Below are positions 50,184 through 59,415 of a DNA stretch of 64,000 nucleotides, in pieces (positions within the stretch are counted from its first letter, which is position 1; every line of letters begins with the position of its first letter). The notes below the pieces were generated by a model. That model was not told the origin of the DNA, searched no databases, and was given only the letters and a program-made list of their open reading frames with translations. Source of the DNA: an uncultured delta proteobacterium (GTDB lineage Bacteria; Desulfobacterota; RBG-13-43-22); contig CAVQFQ010000017.1 in NCBI GenBank assembly GCA_963711835.1, positions 706,189 through 770,188 on the forward strand. Direction: 5' to 3'. Both the position numbers and the translations under genes were made by a program.

Positions 50184-50673
50184 CTATCTCCTTTTCCGGC
50201 GTGCCATTCCGGATAGTTTGACGGCTGACTCGAACATCTGAGGATATTGGAGTATCTCCGGTTCCGAGTATTCCAGGGCTTTCACTTCACAGGCGCGCAC
50301 GCATTCAGGATCGCCCCCACAGAGGGTACATTTAAAGGCCTTCCCCCGGTTTTTGGCGAAACCCATGGCCCCGAAGGGACAGGCCGAAACGCACATCTGG
50401 CAGCCCACGCACTTGTCGTGCGCGATCATCACCCGGTTCAGTTGCCTAGTCGCGGGAAATAGCGTCATTGGGGCAGGACGCCAGACAGGGTGGGTCTTCA
50501 CACTGATTACAGGTCGTGGGCAGAAAAAAAACGTCCTGACTGTTGTCTTTGATAATTCGGATACTTGACCGACCGGGATATTTTATTCCGGCGTGCTTTA
50601 AGGAGCAGGCCGTTTCGCAATCGCCACAGCCCGTGCATTTTTCCGGATGTATGATTAATGTTTTCAAATTCAT
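50184..50673 (-). CDS. 4x[4Fe-4S] (DmsB/AorA-like) protein; +1 frameshift ~50450
   Basis: CTGCGDCETAC, CNQCEDPPC..SCP then CVGCQMCVSACP, KCTLCGGDPEC across two ORFs. Confidence 0.85.
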
Positions 50674-50756
50674 GCCATCATCCTTTTCTTCGTAGGCCTG
50701 TTCGGTTTGGGAAATTTAATCATTACCGAGCCGAATTCTTTATTTTTTCATAAAAA

Positions 50757-50772
50757 GTTCACTATTGAGAAC
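50757..50772. promoter_or_regulatory. GTTCA-N6-TGAAC palindrome (1 mismatch), putative IclR operator
   Basis: gttcactattgagaac. Confidence 0.65.
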
Positions 50773-50907
50773 AAACTCAGATTAAATTATAAGACAAAGA
50801 AACAGCCCTGTCAAGGTAAAATTACAATAACACCCATGATTAGGCTACTATTTTTAATTTATTCTATTAAAAGTTTTAGAAAACTTAATTATAGATTTAA
50901 TAGAAAT

Positions 50908-50923
50908 GTTCATCATGGTGAAC
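50908..50923. promoter_or_regulatory. GTTCA-N6-TGAAC palindrome, putative IclR operator
   Basis: aaatGTTCAtcatggTGAACattt. Confidence 0.75.
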
Positions 50924-50962
50924 ATTTTGCCGTTTTTCACCTACTAGGGGATAACACCGGGT

Positions 50963-51268
50963 AATTATTAAGGGTCTCAAAATAATAGTGACCAACAGGG
51001 ACCGGGGGGTCTACTTTTCTGGGGTTGTCCAAAGGGTAACTCATCGCCCTATCCCGGCCCGTACGGCTAAAGGGGTTAGGTGCAGGGCATTCACTCAAGT
51101 CCGTTTCGGGCATTAGTGGTGGCCTGTCTCTGAATGTGATCCCGAATTTGGCCCGGCAAAGAAGCTTTGGGCTTGCAGGTGGACAACCCAGAAAAGAAGA
51201 CCCCCCGGTCCCATTTAAGGCAAGCTCCTCAATTTCAGGTCAAGACTATTATGAGACCCTTAATAATT
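50963..51268. mobile_element. MITE-like element with nested inverted repeats
   Basis: Outer aattattaagggtctc...ataatagt / actattatgagacccttaataatt; inner 33-34 bp IR at 50998-51031 / 51180-51212; no ORF. Confidence 0.75.
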
Positions 51269-51306
51269 GGAACTCGGCTAAGCTCTGGTGATTATTGAAG
51301 GCGCTA

Positions 51307-52641
51307 TTAGAAGGGCAGTAAAACCAGCTCCAGGAAATTTTTCATTTCCTGTGTGGTTTGTTTCTTGGTCAGAGCGATTTCAGCGGTTTTTTGGGTCAGG
51401 AGGCAGCGCAGAGCATTATTTTCCGTCACCGTATCCAAGACCGCGATGTCCGTCACCAGACCTTTTTCATCTACACAGTAGTGGTGATAGATGAGTCCTT
51501 TGGGGGATTCCAGTGCGGCCTGGCCTTCACGACCCATTTCGGTCGGGATGTTTCGAATCTCCGGTCCGGTCAAATTTTCTTTTTTATATAATTCGGCCAT
51601 TTTTTCGGCTGCCTGGAGTAACTCAAGAAAAAGCGACCAAAAGGCGGAAGAGAGGTCAAAGCGCGGCAAAGGCCTTCTATCCCTCAAGAGGCGCTGCCGT
51701 TCCTCTTCGGCCAAGGGGGTGAGCGCCGTGTCTTGGTTTAAACGGGCCAATGGCCCGACAAAAAAGCATCGATCATGAAAAATAGCTTGTAGCCCCACCT
51801 GGTCTTTAAGCTCAGGGCCTCCCGACCGGTTTTGGATATAGGCGAACGGCTCATAGGACCATGACTCCCGGTGAAGGCCGATTTTTTGAAAAATCCGGTC
51901 CGGAGTAAATCGATCCAATTCCTGGCCCAGGCCACCTCTCAGGATAACGGTATCTTTTGCCTCCGATAAGGTCATAAAGGACATGGGGGCCATGGAAAAG
52001 GCCCCCATGTCGGACAAGGCCTGGTCCTTTCCCAGGATCTCTTGGCGAAGAAATTCACCCAGCCGGAGACTGAATCCCAAACAGGATTCATATATATGAG
52101 AGAGTCGTTCATAATTTTCTTCTTTTAAGTAGCGGCTTACGCCACCGGCAACCGCGGACAGGGGATGATCGGATCGTCCTCCCAATAGAGTGACTGCTTC
52201 CCGAGCAATGGAAATATGACTCATGATTTCATCCAGGATATGAGGAGAAGGCGGAAACCCCTGGGTGCCGTTTCCCGGGAAGATGGAGGAGGATAAAGGA
52301 TCAAACCGGGAAGAGACCAAGAAATAGATTTTCCTTAGATGATTTTCAAAGAAAAGGGTTTGAAGCAGGGCTTCCCGCATATTCACGGCCAGGGGCGGCG
52401 GTTCCACTCCAAAGAGCTTATCCAGAGCCAGGGCCGAGGCCAGATGGTGGGCCGGAGACAGGATCGACAAGATGCGGGGAAGCTCCTCAACCGGCCGGCC
52501 TTGACACAGGCCCTCAACTTCCCTTGGGCTGGTTATCTGGAAGTAGCCCCGAGGATGTTCACCGTCCGGGAAGATCTTGATCCGGACCGGCTCTTCCATC
52601 CATCTTAAGGCATCAAAGGTTATTTCTTTCACCTGCACCAT
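51307..52641 (-). CDS. MvhA-like [NiFe]-hydrogenase large-subunit homolog lacking Ni-binding cysteines
   Basis: GRPVEELPRI, AHHLAS, VAGGV, VGPLARLN, ESPKGLIYHHY retained; L1 RxCGxC replaced by RILSILS; L2 DPCxxC absent (ends ELVLLPF). Confidence 0.85.
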   Translation of the reverse strand: MVQVKEITFDALRWMEEPVRIKIFPDGEHPRGYFQITSPREVEGLCQGRPVEELPRILSILSPAHHLASALALDKLFGVEPPPLAVNMREALLQTLFFENHLRKIYFLVSSRFDPLSSSIFPGNGTQGFPPSPHILDEIMSHISIAREAVTLLGGRSDHPLSAVAGGVSRYLKEENYERLSHIYESCLGFSLRLGEFLRQEILGKDQALSDMGAFSMAPMSFMTLSEAKDTVILRGGLGQELDRFTPDRIFQKIGLHRESWSYEPFAYIQNRSGGPELKDQVGLQAIFHDRCFFVGPLARLNQDTALTPLAEEERQRLLRDRRPLPRFDLSSAFWSLFLELLQAAEKMAELYKKENLTGPEIRNIPTEMGREGQAALESPKGLIYHHYCVDEKGLVTDIAVLDTVTENNALRCLLTQKTAEIALTKKQTTQEMKNFLELVLLPF

Positions 52642-52645
52642 TCCT

Positions 52646-53645
52646 TTAGGGTGATGACAAAAGGGTACATTGGCTGGCTAAGGTGTAGCGATAGACCGTC
52701 CCTGCCAGATCGACCAAAGGATTGAAGGCCGCTGCGATTTCAACCGGATCATCGGAATCCAGATTAGAGCTGATGGCCGACACCATTTTCGGGCCCGGGT
52801 CAAAGACCTCATCGGTTTTGCCGAAACAACCCCGGCAGGGGAGACCGGCTGCGGTACAGACCCCGCCACATCCCTCACGGGTGACAATGCCTTGACATAT
52901 GAATCCCTGTTCCAGGATACAACGGCCCTGTTCCGGGTCCTTTTGCCAGGGTCGGGAAAAAGCGTTTAAACTGCTTTTCCTCCTTGGTCCGGGAACAACT
53001 GGCACAAACCGCCCTTTCCCCTGAAAAGACACTGCCTTTGGGAGGCAGTACGCCGGAAGTTATGGCCTGGGCCATGGCTTGGGGCAGCCTGAGGGCAGAA
53101 AAAGAAAGTCGCACCGGGGATTCGGTCTCAAAGGCGATGGCTTGTATGGCTGCCCAGAGGAAATTTTGCCTGGGAGGACAGCCGGGAACAAAGTACTCCA
53201 CATCGACCACTTGAGAGAGGGCGGAGACCCTTGCTTCCATCTGGGGGAGGTCGGGTTCTTCTCCCTTTTCCCGGGCCCGGCTATTTGGGGCGTTTGTTTC
53301 TTCCCTGGATTCCTTCATGACTTCGGAAGGAGCCATGTTGACCAATCCGGGCAGGCCCCCGAAAGCGGCACAGGCCCCAAGGGCGATCATCAGACGGGAT
53401 TTGTCCCGTAGCCTAAGGGCTGCCTGACGATCACTGCTGGTCCTAATCGCCCCCGTAAAAAAGCAAACATCTATTTCAGGTTGCTTTTCCAGCTTTTCCC
53501 ACTCAGACCCCAATATATAAGGCCAGAAAGAGAGTTCAGCCCAACGAGTCAAAGAACCCACCTGATAGTGAATATCCAAAATGGCCTGTTCGCAGGCCCT
53601 ACAACCCGTGGCTGCGTAAACGGCTATTTTTTTCTTTTTCGGCAC
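52646..53645 (-). CDS. mvhG: MvhG-like hydrogenase small subunit; +1 frameshift ~52953
   Basis: GCRACE, GACAAFGGLPGL, VPGCPP, VCASC, then CILEQGFICQG, GCGGVC..AGLPCRGCFG. Confidence 0.8.
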
Positions 53646-54063
53646 CCGGGTAACTCCTTTTCAGGGGATTAGGTCCCAGTTTTTGTATCTCATCAATCAT
53701 CTGATTGATCACTTTGACATAACGCTGCGGTTCCGAGGCCGCTATCCATTCCAAACGAAAACGCTCTTCTCCAAAGCCCAACTCGGACAGAAGCTTTTTT
53801 AAGAGAAAAGAACGGCGCATAGCTTTGATGTTGCCGCTGATATAATGGCAATCACCGGGATGACAACCGGCGATAAGTACCCCGTCTGCGCCGCGGCTAA
53901 AGGCTTTAACGACATAGCTCGGGTCAACCATCCCCGAGCAAAATACGCGGATGATCCTGACATTAGGTTTTTGTATAAGGCGTGCAACCCCGGCGGAATC
54001 AGCGGCCACATAAGAGCACCAGTTACAAAGAAAGGCCAGGATCTTGGGTTCAAAATCGTTCAT
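53599..54063 (-). CDS. mvhD: MvhD/FlpD 2Fe-2S subunit (Cys form)
   Basis: FEPKILAFLCNWCSY, CSGMV, GCHPGDCHY; ATG overlaps hdrA-like stop. Confidence 0.9.
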   Translation of the reverse strand: MNDFEPKILAFLCNWCSYVAADSAGVARLIQKPNVRIIRVFCSGMVDPSYVVKAFSRGADGVLIAGCHPGDCHYISGNIKAMRRSFLLKKLLSELGFGEERFRLEWIAASEPQRYVKVINQMIDEIQKLGPNPLKRSYPGAEKEKNSRLRSHGL

Positions 54064-57000
54064 GCCAGGATTCCTTCGATTTGGGAAAAGATTTGTTCCG
54101 GTGTGTAGTGCCGCACCCGGATGGCCGCCATGGGGCAGGCGGCGGCACAGGTGCCGCATCCCTGACAGAGGGCTTCATTGATGCCGGCCAGTTTGTTCAG
54201 GTCGCTGAAAGTGATGGCCTTATAGGCGCAAAGATCCACACAAGTCTTGCATCCGGTGCAGAGCTGTTCGTCAACCGAGGCCACTGTGGGCTCCACTTCA
54301 ACCAGGCCCAGGCTGAATAGGGCCAGGGCCTCGGCGGCGGCGGCGCCACCCTGGGCGACTGACTCCGGGATATCCTTGGGGCCCTGGGCCGCCCCGGCCA
54401 GATAAATGCCGGATAAGGACGTTTCCACCGGGCCTAACTTGGGATGTAATTCGATAAAAAAACCGTATTTGTCCGTGGGGATGTTAAAGGTCCTGGCCAC
54501 GCTCCTATGATCCTTCTGGGCCGTCAAACCGGTGGCTAAGACCACCAGATCCGCTTCCACCTCTATGGGGATGCCTAACAGACTGTTTTCCCCCCGGACC
54601 ACCAGACGGCCGCCCTCCTGTAAGACCTTGGCCACCCGGCCGCGTATGTATTGGGCCTCGGATTCCTCAATGGCCCTTCGCAGGAATTCCTCGTAGCCCT
54701 TCCCGCCGGCCCGATTGTCGATATAGAAGACATAGGCCTGACCCTCCGGATTATGGTGTTTAAAAAGGGTCAATTGCTTGGCGCTGATCATACAGCAGAC
54801 CTTGGAACAATATTCAAATCCTTTGGCCCTGTCTCGGGAGCCCACGCACTGGATAAAAACAATGCTCTGGGGGACCTTACCGTCACTGGGCCGGAGGACC
54901 TGACCTCCGGTAGGCCCGGAAGCGTTACACAAACGCTCGTATTGCAGATTGGTGATGACGTCAGGATACCGGCCATAGCCGTATTCGGAATAATTCCCGG
55001 CATCAAAAATATCAATCCCGGTGGCGACTATGATAGCCCCTACATCACGCTCCAGGATCCGCTCCTGTTCGTTGAGGTCTATGGCCTGCGGACCGCAGGC
55101 GCGGACACATTCGCCGCATTGGGAACAGAGACTGCAGCTCAGGCAACGCTGTCCTTCGGTTCTGGCCATTTCTTCGCTAAATCCTAAGTTCACCTCGGCG
55201 AAGTTTCCTTTTCTCTTCTCAGGGGGAAGGAGGGGCATCTGTTGCCGCTCGATGGGAAAGGCTCTTTTTTTCTCCTCTTCGGTCAGGGCCTGATCCATAG
55301 GCCTTTCCTGCAATTTGACCTCTCTAAGTCCGCCATGCTCCAGATAGCTTCGAATCGACTCGGCTGCCTTTCTCCCATGGGCCACGGCCTCGACGAAAGC
55401 TCGCCGGACCCAGGATACAGTCCCCGCCCGCAAAGACTCTTGGCCTTGATGTGGCCAGGGTCTGGTCCCGGCGTGGCGATCCTTCCCCGGCCATCGAACT
55501 CCAGTGCAAGGCCGGTCAAAAATTCGGGCTCCGGGGTCTGACCGATAGCCGGTATGACTTGGTCGACCTCTATAATGGTTTCCGAACCTTCAATGGGAAT
55601 CGGTCTTCTGCGCCCTGTTTCGTCGGGCTCAGCCAGGCTCATTTGCAAATATTCCAGGGCCGTGACCCGACCATTTTCGCCGATAAGTCTGGTGGGCGCT
55701 GCGAGAAAGATAAATTCAATCCCCTCTTTCTCAGCTTCTTTCACTTCATAATCGTATGCCGGCATCTCGGTCCGAGAACGACGGTAGAGGAGGGTGACTC
55801 TTTCGGAGCACCCAAACGCAGGCAGGTGCGGGCGCAGTCTATGGCCACGTTGCCACCGCCGACGATGATCAATCTTGATTGCCGGGCGAAATGGGTTCTT
55901 TTAGAGCAACTTTTCTAAGCAGATCGGTTCCGGGGACGACCCCTTCCAGATCCTCCCCTTCCATGTGCAACGCTAGGCTCCGGTGCATACCGGTGGCGAT
56001 AAAGAAGGCCTTGAAACCTTCCTTTTCCAAGCTGTCAAAATGGATATCCCGACCAAAAGTTATCCCGGTCTTGATAATCACCCCCAGCTTTTCCAGATTG
56101 GAAATTTCGGTGGCCACGATATGCCGGGGGAGCCGGTATTCTGGTATCCCAACGGCCAACATCCCGCCTGGGACCGGAAGTTTTTCAAAGATAGTCACCG
56201 GATAGCCTTCCAGGGTCAAATAATAGGCCGCAGATAGACCGGCCGGACCGGCCCCTATCACGGCTACCTTCTCTTTGCGGCTCTCCTTCAGGGGAGGATG
56301 ATTAAAGAGCCCCTTTTCAAGTTCCCGGTCACCCAAAAATCGTTTGGTGTCACAGATAGCCAGAGGCCTGTCCAACTGCCCCCTCTTGCAGGCCTCTTCG
56401 CAGGGATGAAAGCAGATGCGGCCACAAATGGAGGCAAAGGGCATGCCTTCCCGAACCAGGGCCAGGGCTTCATTATATTTTCCCAAAGCGGTCAGGGCCA
56501 TATATCCCACCACATTAACCTCAGCAGGGCAGGCAGACTTACAGGGGGGTTCCCCCAAACGTGATATGGCAAAGGTGTTCGGAATGGCCTGGGGGAAGGG
56601 CCGATTGATAGGATGGCGCGTGGCCAAGCCCAGCTCAAAATCATCATTAAAATTGACAGGGCAGACCTTTAAACAATCGCCGCATCCGGTGCATTTTTTC
56701 AGGTCTACATAACGGGGTTTTTGCCTGAGGCGGGCCTGGAAATTCCCCACGAATCCACGTAACTCAACTACCTCTGTCTTGGTTAGTATCTCTATATTAG
56801 GATGTCGGCCCACTTCACTGGTCTTCGGGGTCAGTGTACAACCGGCACAATCCAGGGTCGGAAAGGTTTTGTCGAATTGGGCCATCCTGCCGCCGATGAT
56901 TTCCATCTTCTCAACCAAATAGACCTTATAACCGGCTTTGGCTATCTTGAGCGCCGCCGTAATGCCGGCGATTCCACCGCCGACCACCATGGCTGTAGGA

Positions 57001-57425
57001 TTGACCGGTTTTTGAGAACCTGTAAGGGGAAGGTGATAGCGGACCCTGGCAATCCCCCCATTAATTAAATCTTCTGCTTTCCGGGTGGCCTGCTCCGGAT
57101 CGGCCGTGACCCAGGAACAATGCTCCCGAATATTGACCATCTCGAACAGGTAAGGATTCAGGCCTGCCTGAGCAACGGCATTACGAAAGGTGGGCTCATG
57201 CATTTTGGGCGAGCAGGACGCCTCGACCACATGATCTAACCCAAATGCCTTGATATCATCACCGATCATCTTTTGACCCGGTTCGGAACACATATACTTG
57301 TAGTGGCGGGCCACGACGACTTCTTCATTATCGGCAGCGATCTTTTCCGCTATCTTAGCCACATCGACTTTGTCGCCGATGTTTGTGCCGCAATGGCAAA
57401 TATAAACTCCAATCTTTTTCTTCAT
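54060..57425 (-). CDS. hdrA: HdrA-like (HdrL-type) flavoprotein with inserted GltD-like FAD/NAD(P)H module; at least four frame breaks at 55.4-55.9 kb
   Basis: IGVYICHCG, FPTLDCAGC, PPCKSACP, GAGPAGL, GGGNVAIDCAR, VFAGGD, IQCVGSRD, CSKVCC, ELHPKL, QGPKDIPES across consecutive ORFs. Confidence 0.85.
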
Positions 57426-58312
57426 GATAAAAGACCTCTTTCCTTTATGATCGGCAGGGGATCAACGATGTGGTGGTTGAGCCCCAGGTCCTTGGGTGAA
57501 AGCCCAAAAGCCAATCCCATTAGCTGGGTAATATAAAGGACAGGCAACTGGTGTTTTTTCTTTTCCGCTTTAAAGATTTCTCCTTGACGCATATCCAGGT
57601 TGGACTGGCAGAGCTGACAGGCCACCACTATGGCGTCGGCGCCTTTCCATAAGACCTCTTTCAACAGGCGGCCGCTTAATTCCAAAACCTTTTCCGTTTT
57701 ACTCAACGACAAGGAGGCGCCACAGCATTCCGTTTTGAAATCCCAATCCAGGACCTCGGCCCCTAAGGCCATGAGGATATCATCCATGGATGTGGGGTTT
57801 TCCGGGTCATCAAAATGGGTCACCTGGGCAGGCTTAACCATGTAGCACCCGTAATAGGGGATCACCTTCAAGCCTTTCAGAGGTTTCTTGGTTTTGGCTT
57901 TTATGAGTTCCAGGCCGACGGTGGTATGAAAGAAACCTAAGAGATTGCGGATCGTGAGATTCCCTTCCAGGGGTGCTTCGATGGTTTCCCGAATGACCTC
58001 CCGAGTTTTCTGATCCAGTCCGATTTCTTGCTGGGCACTGATCAGGCGTCTAAAACAAAAAGGACAGGGCACCACCAGCTCTTCCAGGTCCTGTTGTTCA
58101 ACCAGGGCCAGGTTTTTTGCAGCCAGGGACAAAGACAGGAGATGATTCATTTTAAGAACAGCGGATGATCCGCAGCAAAGCCAATCAGGAACATCCACGA
58201 GCTCAACATCCAATGAGCTGCAAACCTGTCTGAAGGAAATATTATATGGTTTGGCCGAAACCTCCAGGGAACATCCGGGATAATAGCTCACCTTCATCTT
58301 TCTATTTCCCAT
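57422..58312 (-). CDS. hdrB: Heterodisulfide reductase subunit B
   Basis: YYPGCSL, DWLCCG, CPFC, YYGC, ECCGA, CQLCQSNLD. Confidence 0.9.
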   Translation of the reverse strand: MGNRKMKVSYYPGCSLEVSAKPYNISFRQVCSSLDVELVDVPDWLCCGSSAVLKMNHLLSLSLAAKNLALVEQQDLEELVVPCPFCFRRLISAQQEIGLDQKTREVIRETIEAPLEGNLTIRNLLGFFHTTVGLELIKAKTKKPLKGLKVIPYYGCYMVKPAQVTHFDDPENPTSMDDILMALGAEVLDWDFKTECCGASLSLSKTEKVLELSGRLLKEVLWKGADAIVVACQLCQSNLDMRQGEIFKAEKKKHQLPVLYITQLMGLAFGLSPKDLGLNHHIVDPLPIIKERGLLS

Positions 58313-58895
58313 TTTCGGCCTGTTGCACCTTAGAAAAAAGGCGGGAAACGGCCTGGTTTTTTTTCGGACCCTTCAAGATATCAAAAGGGGAGAAGGCGCC
58401 TTTTCGCATAAGGGTCAGGCCCTGGTTCAGGTCCTTGAAGGGCTTGAAGGTGCGCAGATTGTATTCCATAACGGTTCTCAGTTCCTGAACCCGGCCGTAC
58501 TTAAGGACCGATTTCATAAAAAGATCCTCAAAAAGATGAATTTCCGGAGCTGAAGGAATAATTTTTTCTTTTTCCGCCAATTCACAGAGGGTCGTAGCCA
58601 CCGCATACATATTGATTTCCACAGGGCATCGGGTGGCGCAGGTCCCGCAACTGATGCAGTATACCCAGGTAGGATCCTTCAGAGCCCGTTCTTTCATTCC
58701 GATAAGGATAGCAGCGATCAGTTGCCGGGGGCCGCCCACTTCCTCCGAGGCTATAGGACAACCCGCGGTGCATTTACCACATTGAAGACATTCCAGTAAA
58801 TTTTGATCACTCTTTTGAAGGACCTGATTTAAGAAGGCTCTCTCACTCGGATCTCCCGTTAGTCTTAACATGTCCTTTCTCCTATCGTCCTGCAC
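58302..58895 (-). CDS. hdrC: Heterodisulfide reductase subunit C
   Basis: CLQCGKCTAGCP, CISCGTCATRCP, GRVQE. Confidence 0.88.
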   Translation of the reverse strand: MQDDRRKDMLRLTGDPSERAFLNQVLQKSDQNLLECLQCGKCTAGCPIASEEVGGPRQLIAAILIGMKERALKDPTWVYCISCGTCATRCPVEINMYAVATTLCELAEKEKIIPSAPEIHLFEDLFMKSVLKYGRVQELRTVMEYNLRTFKPFKDLNQGLTLMRKGAFSPFDILKGPKKNQAVSRLFSKVQQAENGK

Positions 58896-59415
58896 CGGAT
58901 TGGAGTATTCTTTGGGAAAATTGTTCTCTGATCCTTTGAGCTTTCTTGGTGGGAGTCATGAAACTCAGGGCCTCCGTAGGGCAGGAGAGCACACAGGCCG
59001 GAGAAAGTCCCTTTTCAACCCTGTCCGCACAGCCGTCACATTTAGTAATCTTGCCGGTGCCTGGATTAAGTTGGGGGATCCCGAACGGGCAGGCAATGGC
59101 GCAGCTTTGACACCCAATACAGATTTCAGAGTCGGCAAAGACCAGACCATCGGCCCTCTTTTGCATGGCCCCCGTCGGGCAGGCCTCCACACAGGCCGGT
59201 GAATTACAGTGGAGACAAGTGGCGGGCTGATAGGTCAAGATTAGCTCACCCTCGTGCTCCACAGGGCCTATCTGGATAACCATGATAGGCCTGGGACCGG
59301 CAGGCAACTCATGCTCCATTTTGCAGGCCACCTCACAACCGAAACAACCGATGCAGCGCGACGTGTCAACCCACAGGTAATGTTCTCCCTCGCTTTTTGT
59401 ATTTAATTGGTTCAT
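58882..59415 (-). CDS. DmsB/FdnH-like 4x[4Fe-4S] subunit
   Basis: CIGCFGCEVAC, CLHCNSPACVEACP, CIGCQSCAIACP, KCDGC..PACVLSCP. Confidence 0.9.
   Translation of the reverse strand: MNQLNTKSEGEHYLWVDTSRCIGCFGCEVACKMEHELPAGPRPIMVIQIGPVEHEGELILTYQPATCLHCNSPACVEACPTGAMQKRADGLVFADSEICIGCQSCAIACPFGIPQLNPGTGKITKCDGCADRVEKGLSPACVLSCPTEALSFMTPTKKAQRIREQFSQRILQSGAGR

Noticed and set aside
54060-57425. Programmed ribosomal frameshifting in hdrL
   Set aside because: No slippery heptamers at the junctions; too many breaks; similar indels in unrelated genes
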